The notes beneath the pieces are model-generated. The model did not search any database, was not told the DNA's origin, and worked only from the letters and a program-made list of their open reading frames with translations. A DNA stretch of 64,000 nt, from NCBI GenBank assembly GCA_964487255.1, contig CAZAQV010000002.1:211561-275560 (forward strand), given 5' to 3'. Numbering within the stretch: position 1 is the stretch's first letter; each line of letters starts with the position of its first letter. Position numbers and translations under genes: made by a program. The stretch comes from an uncultured Polyangiales bacterium (GTDB lineage Bacteria > Myxococcota_A > Polyangia > Polyangiales > CAZAQV01). Shown piece after piece: positions 36,234 through 43,613 of this stretch.

Positions 36234-36896
36234 TTAAGCGAGATTACGCGTAATCGCCTGCGCACCTTCATCGAGTTTTTGCAGCAAGTTTGTCGCCAAC
36301 GTCACGATTTGTGTTCGCTGTTGCATCAGGGACTGCAGCTTCACCATCCGCAATTCATTTCCCGTATTGAGCTCTCGCTGATCGTCTTCGAGCTTCTTGA
36401 TTGCAGCATCGATCGTCTCAGCCTGAATACTCCGACGGCCGTGCGGTCCCATCGATGACTTGATGTCCTCCTCTAAGACAATACCGTGTGACTCGAGCAG
36501 CTCCTTCGCCGTCTGTGTCTTGCCATCGCCGCTCGCGACAAAGTTGTGACTCTTGTCCGTGTCGTTGGGCTCGATGTAAATACCCTCCTTGCCTGAAGCG
36601 GCCAGATGCTCCTGGAGCTCTCGAAGACCTCTGATCTTTTCTCCAATCTTCTTCGAATCTGCCTGGCTCACCTCAAGGTCGCTCATGCTGGCACGGACTT
36701 GGCCGTCGATGTCTTCCATCCGCTTTTTTGCAACGTACAGAATCATCTCTGGGCTCAGGGTCGCGAAGTCGCTGAGATCAACGCTGCTCACCACGGCGGG
36801 GCCAGTGAATCCGCGCACTTGGGTGCTCGCTCTGCTTGGTTCGCGGCCGTTGCTGTCCGGGGCGTACGAAACGGGCTGCCAGATAACGATTGTCAT
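36234..36896 (-). CDS. EspA/SseB-like filament/sheath-type protein, cassette gene P2
   Basis: The C-terminal half (AKELLESHGIVLEED...TIDAAIKKLEDDQRELNTGNELRMVKLQSLMQQRTQIVTLATNLLQKLDEGAQAITRNLA) parallels, by eye, the conserved C-terminal helical hairpin of EspA/SseB. Confidence 0.55.
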   Translation of the reverse strand: MTIVIWQPVSYAPDSNGREPSRASTQVRGFTGPAVVSSVDLSDFATLSPEMILYVAKKRMEDIDGQVRASMSDLEVSQADSKKIGEKIRGLRELQEHLAASGKEGIYIEPNDTDKSHNFVASGDGKTQTAKELLESHGIVLEEDIKSSMGPHGRRSIQAETIDAAIKKLEDDQRELNTGNELRMVKLQSLMQQRTQIVTLATNLLQKLDEGAQAITRNLA

Positions 36897-37150
36897 GAAT
36901 AGATTCCTTTCGGCATGGCGGAGAGGGAAAGGACAGACATGGCCGCGTCATCCACAGCTTCTTCGAACCGCGCTTGCAGTGACTCAAAAGCCCCATCACC
37001 GATGAACGCCTCGTCAATGTCGTCTGCTAGGTTGACGCCCGCCTGAGAAGCAAGGCTCTTGAGCTCAAGCGTCTGCCGTTCGAGCTCGAGCAAGATGCGC
37101 TCAAGTTGTTCCGAAAGACTTCGGTCGAAGAATGAAAATGAGTCGGCCAT
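36893..37150 (-). CDS. Small acidic coiled-coil protein (possible chaperone/partner), cassette gene P1
   Basis: ATG 37150 gives MADSFSFFDRSLSEQLERILLELERQTLELKSL... The protein is 85 aa and strongly acidic. An ATGA overlap couples it to P2. Confidence 0.45.
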   Translation of the reverse strand: MADSFSFFDRSLSEQLERILLELERQTLELKSLASQAGVNLADDIDEAFIGDGAFESLQARFEEAVDDAAMSVLSLSAMPKGIYS

Positions 37151-37350
37151 GTGCTGTTTTCCCTTTCCCCATCCTTCTCGGAGCAAGCGGCAGCACGGTT
37201 GCGAACTTTCTTAGGGAGTCCGTAAATTTTCTAAAAGGCTCGGTTTTCGTAGCTCTCGAAGCGCCTCAAGTACCCGACGGTAGAGTTGCTTTTCCCACCC
37301 AATGCCGCGGACTGTCGGAAAGTCCGCCATCGCAAGGCATCCGCGGCGAT

Positions 37351-39393
37351 TCACAACGACTCTAGGTACGCGACCAAGGCTTCCTTGTCCGTTCGACTCA
37401 AGTGCGACGAATGACCCATTTTTCCGTCCGTGCCATCGAGCATCGCGAGCAGCGTCGGGAACCGGCCATCATGGAAGTATGGCGCCGTGTTCGCGAGTCC
37501 AACGAGCGCGGGCGTATTGAAATCACTTTTTTGGTCCGCACTGGCGCGCACGATCGGGTAGCTCATCGTGTCCGAGAACGAACGCTTCTCGACATGGCAG
37601 CTCGAACACTCGGCCTGCTCGGAGTGAAAGATCGCCTTGCCTTTGGCAACGAGCTGCTTGCGGGAGAGGTCCGGCGCCTTGGTCGGTACTCGCAGGCTCT
37701 TGACGTAGGCCACCAATGCTTTTTGGTCATGCGCGCCAAGCCCCTTTCCGCCGAGCCGCTTAAAGGTCTGCGTCAGGTGATCGTCGATGCTCTTGGCGCC
37801 GCCGTTCCAACCGTAAGGCGCCGTACCGCTCAGCTTGCCCGCGAGCATGGGCGTTTGCCGCGGCCCGTTGGGCGTCGACCAGACCAGGCCGTCCTGTCGA
37901 CCCCCGGGGTGACAGCTCGCGCACGAACGGCCGTCCTTCGAGATGCGGCGATCGGTCGCGAAAAAGAGTTCGCGCCCGTGGGTCACCAACGGGTCACGGC
38001 TCACGAATGGCATCGCGTGGTTCACGATCTTTGGCCTCGCCGGATCGTTCGCAGCGTTAACCACACTCAGCTGCCGCGCTTGCTGAGACCACACGACGAG
38101 GCGATCGTGCTGCTCATCCCACGCGAGCCCCGTCGGTCCGGCGGGCACCTCGACCGAACCCCAGCCGCCATCGGAAACGACGGTCGAGTCTCCCTGACAG
38201 ACCACAAAAACCTTTCCCTCACGGTTGCTCGCGGCCGCTCGAGGAATGCGACAACGCGGCAGGTGCCCGAAACGTCGCTTTTTAGCGACGTTATCCGCTG
38301 TCGAAAGCTCGAGCAGTCGCTCTTGGACGGGACGTTCGGAGATGACGGACGAGCCGTAACCTGTGCTGATGCGCTGCGGCTCCCCGGGGAAGATTTCCGA
38401 AACCGGAATGATCACGTCATCGCCGTGGGACACCATCGCAAATCCATGTACAGGCGTGCGGCGGATCACCGGTTGGCGGACCGGCCTACGCCCAACGTGT
38501 TTGGGCAGGGCGATGGGGTGCTGTGGCCCAAAGGGATCGAGTTGGTTGACCATATGAAGGGGACGTCGATGTCGGATGTGACGCCTCACGACAGGCGTGT
38601 GAACACGGTGCGAGTGGTCCCGACTCGACACGCTCCAAGTATTGAGGTCGACGCGCGACACCTTGCCACCTGTCACATGGCTGACGAAAGCTTGCTTGCC
38701 ATCTCGGCTCACAACGGCTGCGAAGGGGTCGGCGTCCAGCTTGAGGCTCCGAGCCACAAAAGGCGCTCCGCCTGCGGGCATCTTCACTTCAGAGATCTTT
38801 GCGCCCCAGCGGCTCACGACGAGTGCGCGGTCCGATAACGGCGTCGCGGCGATGGCGGTGGGTTCGGTCGGGACCGGCACCACCGAATGCGCTCGCAGCG
38901 GTAGCGAAAGACTTGACGCGGGGATCAGAACCGCAAAGCGATGAACGTCGCTAAGTGTGACCAAGACACGTCCGTCCGGCAGCGTCAGCACCGAACTTGG
39001 TGTCGCACCAAGGCTCGTCTTCGCGAGCTGCTTGCCGCTCTCGACGTCCACCGTGAGCAGCGCACGCGCGTCCTCATCCGCAACGTAGGCGATCGTTCGT
39101 CCCGCCGCTCGCGCAAGCGATACGGTGCCGGACGTACGCTGAATGCGCGCCGGCTTCGGAGCGCTGGCCAGAAGCTGCGGTTTGGCGGGAAGAGTCGGTT
39201 GAGATTTGCCGCTGACCTCTGGCGTGGTCGATGCGGCGAACGACTCCGCGGCCAAGCCGCCATCGCTCGCCCCACATCCGGTCGCAACCACCAAGCAAAC
39301 GACCCACAAGCATGTAACCGCGAGCACCCAGAGCGCAGCACACGCCCTCACACTCCAGTCTGCATTACGCTTCGCGCTCCCCACGTCTCGCAT
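37351..39393 (-). CDS. Lipoprotein with beta-propeller-like N-terminal region fused to di-heme cytochrome c peroxidase/MauG-like domain
   Basis: The lipobox is in LVVATGCGAS. Two CxxCH sites are present (CASCHPGGRQDG, CSSCHVEK). PALVGLANTAPYFHDGRFPTL is typical of the CCP family. Confidence 0.8.
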   Translation of the reverse strand: MRDVGSAKRNADWSVRACAALWVLAVTCLWVVCLVVATGCGASDGGLAAESFAASTTPEVSGKSQPTLPAKPQLLASAPKPARIQRTSGTVSLARAAGRTIAYVADEDARALLTVDVESGKQLAKTSLGATPSSVLTLPDGRVLVTLSDVHRFAVLIPASSLSLPLRAHSVVPVPTEPTAIAATPLSDRALVVSRWGAKISEVKMPAGGAPFVARSLKLDADPFAAVVSRDGKQAFVSHVTGGKVSRVDLNTWSVSSRDHSHRVHTPVVRRHIRHRRPLHMVNQLDPFGPQHPIALPKHVGRRPVRQPVIRRTPVHGFAMVSHGDDVIIPVSEIFPGEPQRISTGYGSSVISERPVQERLLELSTADNVAKKRRFGHLPRCRIPRAAASNREGKVFVVCQGDSTVVSDGGWGSVEVPAGPTGLAWDEQHDRLVVWSQQARQLSVVNAANDPARPKIVNHAMPFVSRDPLVTHGRELFFATDRRISKDGRSCASCHPGGRQDGLVWSTPNGPRQTPMLAGKLSGTAPYGWNGGAKSIDDHLTQTFKRLGGKGLGAHDQKALVAYVKSLRVPTKAPDLSRKQLVAKGKAIFHSEQAECSSCHVEKRSFSDTMSYPIVRASADQKSDFNTPALVGLANTAPYFHDGRFPTLLAMLDGTDGKMGHSSHLSRTDKEALVAYLESL

Positions 39394-39426
39394 GAAAGGT
39401 TGAGACGGGTCGCTTTTGAAAAGGAT

Positions 39427-39915
39427 CTACGGGCCGAGAATCTTCTCGATATCTTGGTGGATCTTGTCGGTTTTGACCTTGCGGGCCAACGCCAGCTCCG
39501 AAATCAACAGTGACTCCGCCTGCTCAAGAAGACGGCGCTCACTAAAGCTGAGCTCCTTGTCCGACTTGAGACGGTAGAGGTCACGGAAGACCTTGGCGAC
39601 CTCAAAAGGGGAACCGCTGTTGAGCATCTCGTTGTACTCGCGCTGTCGACGATTCCATGGCTGCGACTTGACCGCCACTTCATCGGACTTGAGCACGTCC
39701 ATGACCTTTTTGACGTCATTGCGGGAGATCACGCGGCGAAGCCCCATCCGCTTGGCTGCGTCGACCGCCACAATCACCGTTCGAGACTTCTTTTCAAGCG
39801 TCTTGATGATGTAGAACTCGGTCTTGTTGCCCGCTATTTCCTTCGCTTGAACCGCACTGACTTCGCCCACGCCATGGGACGGATGCACTGCATAATCTCC
39901 GACCTTAAACTTCAT
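39427..39915 (-). CDS. carD: CarD/CdnL-family RNA polymerase-binding transcription factor
   Basis: ATG 39915 gives MKFKVGDYAVHPSHGVGEV... The protein is 162 aa, with a C-terminal ...SFSERRLLEQAESLLISELA. Confidence 0.9.
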   Translation of the reverse strand: MKFKVGDYAVHPSHGVGEVSAVQAKEIAGNKTEFYIIKTLEKKSRTVIVAVDAAKRMGLRRVISRNDVKKVMDVLKSDEVAVKSQPWNRRQREYNEMLNSGSPFEVAKVFRDLYRLKSDKELSFSERRLLEQAESLLISELALARKVKTDKIHQDIEKILGP

Positions 39916-40013
39916 TGGTCTTTTGCCCCTCAGGTATTGTCCCCCTGCTGAAACTCGTTTCAGTAGGTTTCTGGGCGTAGCATGAAGGCCTACCGCGTCA
40001 ACGCGATATCGAT

Positions 40014-40091
40014 GGCTCTTCACGGCTCCGCGTCGCAAGCACCGATGTGGTTATACCACATCGGCTTGCTTCGTCTGCGCACGCTCATCGC
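40014..40091 (+). repeat. Structured intergenic repeat, copy E4 (subfamily B) between recA and carD
   Basis: Sequence is GGCTCTTCACGGCTCCGCGTCGCAAGCACCGATGTGGTTATACCACATCGGCTTGCTTCGTCTGCGCACGCTCATCGC. Its flanks are near-identical to E2. The hairpin stem is different but still fully paired (CCGATGTGGT/ACCACATCGG). Confidence 0.65.
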
Positions 40092-40109
40092 ATTATAATT
40101 ACATGGAAA

Positions 40110-41252
40110 TCAAGCCTGTGCGCGGGCGCGACCGTTGGCCGACGAGGCCCCGTTTTTCTTAGCCTTCGCGGAGCCACTCTCGTCGCTCTGCGAGGCGGCT
40201 TCTTGAGTCTCGGGGGCTTCGAGCAGGCCGTGCTTGATAAGCAGTTGTTTTTCAATATCTGCAAGCATTTCCGGATGCTCCTCGAGGAAAGAGCGCGCGT
40301 TATCGCGGCCTTGGCCGATACGATCGCCGTTGTAGCTGTACCAAGAGCCTGATTTATCAATGATTTTGTCCTCGACACCGAGGTCAAGGACGTCCCCGGT
40401 CCGGCTGATGCCGTGGCCGTAAAGAATGTCGAACTCGCAGGTCTGAAAAGGTGGTGCGACTTTGTTCTTCACGACCTTGACCCGTGTCCGGTTGCCGACG
40501 GCTTGGTCGCCAACTTTGATGGTGCCAATCCGGCGAATGTCGAGGCGCTGCGAGGAGTAAAACTTGAGTGCGTTACCCCCGGTCGTGGTCTCTGGGCTGC
40601 CGAACATCACACCGATCTTCATGCGGATTTGGTTGATGAAAAAGAGTGTGGTGTTGCTCTTATGAACCGTTGCGGTGAGCTTGCGAAGCGCTTGGCTCAT
40701 CAGACGCGCTTGAAGACCCACGTGACTGTCACCCATTTCGCCCTCGATTTCTGCCTTTGGAACGAGCGCAGCCACCGAGTCGATGACAATGAGGTCGACC
40801 GCGCCAGAGCGCACGAGCGTGTCCGCGATTTCAAGGGCCTGTTCACCGTGGTCAGGCTGAGAGACGAGCAGCTCGTCGACGTTGACCCCAAGCTTTCGGG
40901 CGTAGATCGGATCGAGCGCATGCTCGGCATCGATGAAAGCCGCAACGCCACCCTTCTTTTGGCACTCGGAGATAGCGTGAAGCGTAAGCGTCGTTTTACC
41001 GCTCGACTCCGGCCCATAGATTTCGACGATGCGCCCACACGCATAGCCCCCGACACCAAGCGCCAAGTCGAGCGAGATGGACCCCGTCGAAATGGTGGGG
41101 ATGTTGCGAACCGCGGCCTCGTCGCCAAGACGCATGATAGCGCCTTTTCCGTAGGCCTTTTCGATGGTGCCGAGCGCCAAATCGAGCGCTTTTTGCTTGT
41201 TGGAGTCGGTGTTGACGGTCTTGGATGCTGACTTTGTGTTGGAGCGGCTCAT
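40110..41252 (-). CDS. recA: Recombinase RecA
   Basis: Diagnostic segments are [15 protein letters not shown] (Walker A), VIDSVAAL and [28 protein letters not shown]. The protein is 380 aa, with N- and C-terminal extensions. Confidence 0.97.
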   Translation of the reverse strand: MSRSNTKSASKTVNTDSNKQKALDLALGTIEKAYGKGAIMRLGDEAAVRNIPTISTGSISLDLALGVGGYACGRIVEIYGPESSGKTTLTLHAISECQKKGGVAAFIDAEHALDPIYARKLGVNVDELLVSQPDHGEQALEIADTLVRSGAVDLIVIDSVAALVPKAEIEGEMGDSHVGLQARLMSQALRKLTATVHKSNTTLFFINQIRMKIGVMFGSPETTTGGNALKFYSSQRLDIRRIGTIKVGDQAVGNRTRVKVVKNKVAPPFQTCEFDILYGHGISRTGDVLDLGVEDKIIDKSGSWYSYNGDRIGQGRDNARSFLEEHPEMLADIEKQLLIKHGLLEAPETQEAASQSDESGSAKAKKNGASSANGRARAQA

Positions 41253-41292
41253 GGGTACCTCGTGCGGTTCTTAAATGGCTGGGTGTTGGGTC

Positions 41293-41369
41293 CTGTGTAA
41301 ACGTTCAGTGCCTGGTGTATCGCAGTTTTTCCAAGGGGTGGCAAGAAAAAAGATACGTCTGTTCAGTGC
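41293..41369. promoter_or_regulatory. Two GTTCAGTGC-containing boxes upstream of recA (candidate LexA/SOS boxes)
   Basis: CTGTGTAAACGTTCAGTGC (41293-41311) and AGATACGTCTGTTCAGTGC (41351-41369) lie 41-117 nt upstream of the recA start. They resemble the GTTCAG-containing LexA box described for Myxococcus. Confidence 0.3.
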
Positions 41370-41450
41370 GGCAGAGTGTGATGCACAAGCGGTTGGGGAG
41401 GCTTAGCACCTGAGCCACAAGAGAGGTGAATTGTTCGCTCCGATCAATCA

Positions 41451-41539
41451 AATTTGTGGAGCTACCACAAATTCGATTTCGATCTGCGCCTGTCTTCTTG
41501 CTCTTCGGCCAAGACATCTTCGCTGCGCACGCTCATCAC
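41451..41539 (+). repeat. Degenerate copy (E5) of the structured repeat between cinA and recA
   Basis: A hairpin AATTTGTGG/CCACAAATT (41451-41473) is followed by ...GCTCTTCGGCC... and GCGCACGCTCATCAC (ends 41539, overlapping the cinA stop). The similarity to E4 is weaker. Confidence 0.35.
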
Positions 41540-42789
41540 GAACGGGTGGCGCGCGCGACGAGGTGAAGCGCGATGTAGGCTGCAAGCTTCTGAATGCGTG
41601 TGCGATCACCCGGCAAGACTTTGTGTTTGGTGACGATCGACGCGCCGTCCGCGCGTGCAACAGCGAACCACACCGTGCCCACGGGTTTGGTTTCGGTCGC
41701 GCCACCGGGCCCCGCGATGCCCGTCACCGAGACCGCGACGTCCGCTCCCGAAACACGAAGCGCGCCTTCGGCCATCTGCACTGCCACCTCTTCGCTCACC
41801 GCGCCGTGCGCGCGCAAGGTGTCTTCGCGCACGCCGAGCAGCGTCGTCTTGGACGCGTTCGAGTAACACACAGCGTCCATCAGCAAGTAGTCGGAGCTGC
41901 CGGGTATCTCGGTCAACATCGCACCGATGAGCCCGCCCGTGCACGACTCAGCGACCGAAAGCGTCCAACCCCGGTCTCGAAGCGCACGTCCGACGAAGCC
42001 GGCGAAGCGCTCGTCGCGACCGCCGTAGACGTGTTGACCCAATCGCTCGCGAAGCTGTTTTTCAACTTTGCCACACAACGCCTCTACGCTCTGCCACGCA
42101 GCAGCCGTCATGGCGGTACGGTCTGCCTTGATCTTGAGTTCGATCTCGGGAAAGTGGACGCGATAACCGAGGGTCACGCCGGGAAACGCGGCCTCGATGT
42201 CTCGGAGTTTGTCGGCCAGCTCCGACTCGGGAAGCCCGAAGGTACGGAGATGAAGTTGATAGGACGTGCGCTCGGTCAGCGGAGCGAGAAGCGGCTCGAT
42301 TTCGTCGGCGAAGATGCCCTTCATTTCGCGTGGCACGCCGGGCAGGCACACGATCAACGTGTCCCTGTGTTGGACACGAAAGCCCGGCGCGGTGCCATGT
42401 CGATTCGTGATGATCTGCGCGCCACGCGGGAAGAGTGCCTGTCGTTCATTAGACTGCGGCATGGGTCGACCACGTGCGCCCCAGCGTCTGCGAATCGCCT
42501 CCAGACTCGGTGGGTCGATGGCGAGTTCGGCACCGATGAGCTGCGCAACCGCATGGCGCGTGAGGTCGTCGCTGGTCGGACCCAGCCCACCGGTGGTGAC
42601 GATCAGATCGACGTCTGCACAAAGGCGCTCGAAGGCCTTGCCCATCACGTTCGCCTCGTCTTCGACGGAGACGTGTTCGACGACGTGAAACCCAAGCGCG
42701 GTGAGCGCTTCACCCAACCACGCGGCATTGCTGTTGACAAGTTCGCCGCGGGTCACTTCCGTCCCGATGGTAAGCACAGCGGCGCGCAT
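41536..42789 (-). CDS. cinA: Competence/damage-inducible protein CinA (with PncC-like domain)
   Basis: ATG 42789 gives MRAAVLTIGTEVTRGELVNSNAAWL. TTGGLGPTSDDLT is family-typical, and the C-terminal part has SVAESCTGG and GTVWFA. Confidence 0.9.
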   Translation of the reverse strand: MRAAVLTIGTEVTRGELVNSNAAWLGEALTALGFHVVEHVSVEDEANVMGKAFERLCADVDLIVTTGGLGPTSDDLTRHAVAQLIGAELAIDPPSLEAIRRRWGARGRPMPQSNERQALFPRGAQIITNRHGTAPGFRVQHRDTLIVCLPGVPREMKGIFADEIEPLLAPLTERTSYQLHLRTFGLPESELADKLRDIEAAFPGVTLGYRVHFPEIELKIKADRTAMTAAAWQSVEALCGKVEKQLRERLGQHVYGGRDERFAGFVGRALRDRGWTLSVAESCTGGLIGAMLTEIPGSSDYLLMDAVCYSNASKTTLLGVREDTLRAHGAVSEEVAVQMAEGALRVSGADVAVSVTGIAGPGGATETKPVGTVWFAVARADGASIVTKHKVLPGDRTRIQKLAAYIALHLVARATRS

Positions 42790-42856
42790 GACGGGCTCAC
42801 ATAACGCGGAAACGTTCGATTTGCCAGCTATCCGAGGGTGGCAGTCGGTGGCCCAC

Positions 42857-42888
42857 AAAAAAACGCGGCCTCCGTCTGGAAGCCGCGT
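42857..42888 (-). terminator. Rho-independent terminator after the Cys-rich lipoprotein gene
   Basis: Minus-strand reading is ACGCGGCTTCCAGACGGAGGCCGCGTTTTTTT: a GC-rich stem followed by a T7 run, about 25 nt after the stop at 42913. Confidence 0.6.
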
Positions 42889-42912
42889 CTCTTTTACGTA
42901 TGGGCCTGGCTA

Positions 42913-43476
42913 CTATCCGCCGCAGTTATCGCCTTCGAATGAAAAGCCCGAGCAGACGTCAAAGGCCTCGTAGCAACCGGAGTCACAGCGACACTGAATA
43001 CATTGGTCGGAGCCCGGATCGGCGATGCACTTATCCAAGCAGAACTCGCTGCCACAGTTGGCGCTCACGCCATAGCAGTAGCCGCAGCCGTCGGTGATGT
43101 CTGCGTCGGTCGCCTTCACGGCGTCGCGTACACAGTTACGGAACTTCTCGTCGTCTCCTTCGGAGGTGCCAAAGCAGGCGACGGCATTGTCGCTCGCTGC
43201 GGTAGCGGCTGCGTTGGTGTCGAAATCGAGACCATCACATTGGTTGGGGTCACCGGTGTAATATCCGGTCGATGCGTCGGCGGTCGATGCGTCGTCAGCC
43301 GATGCATCGTCAGCCGATGCATCGTCAGCCGATGCGTCGTCAGCCGATGCGTCGTCAGCCGATGCGTCGTCCACCGTCGCGTCGGTGCCCGAGTCGGTTG
43401 TGCCAGGATCATCATCATCTCCGCAGGCGGCAAACCCCGCGAGACAGAAAGCCAGTAGGTACATGTGAATCTTCAT
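42913..43476 (-). CDS. Cys-rich lipoprotein with DDASA tandem repeats
   Basis: The N-terminus is MKIHMYLLAFCLAGFAACGDDDD (lipobox). DDASA is repeated six times (15-nt DNA repeat). The C-terminal domain has 14 Cys residues. Confidence 0.65.
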   Translation of the reverse strand: MKIHMYLLAFCLAGFAACGDDDDPGTTDSGTDATVDDASADDASADDASADDASADDASADDASTADASTGYYTGDPNQCDGLDFDTNAAATAASDNAVACFGTSEGDDEKFRNCVRDAVKATDADITDGCGYCYGVSANCGSEFCLDKCIADPGSDQCIQCRCDSGCYEAFDVCSGFSFEGDNCGG

Positions 43477-43613
43477 GCGCGTAAGCGTTCAACAAGGGTG
43501 CCGGTCACGCAACTAAATGAAAGTGCGCAAATTTTTGGCTACGCAAAGTTTACATGTGCCGCGACATGCCTGTCCCAGACACACGCCTAGAACACGACAA
43601 TTGTGTGTCCTTT

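Noticed and set aside
37402-38838. 478-aa plus-strand ORF
   Set aside because: It is antisense to the cytochrome c peroxidase-like gene, which has two CxxCH motifs and the conserved PYFHDG block.
41431-42804. 457-aa plus-strand ORF
   Set aside because: It is antisense to cinA and has an Arg-rich composition.
43003-43484. ORFs encoding CVVSRCIVSR or RRQPMRRQPM repeats
   Set aside because: They are alternative frames and strands of the 15-nt DDASA repeat. Only the minus-strand lipoprotein frame has a signal peptide and a terminator.
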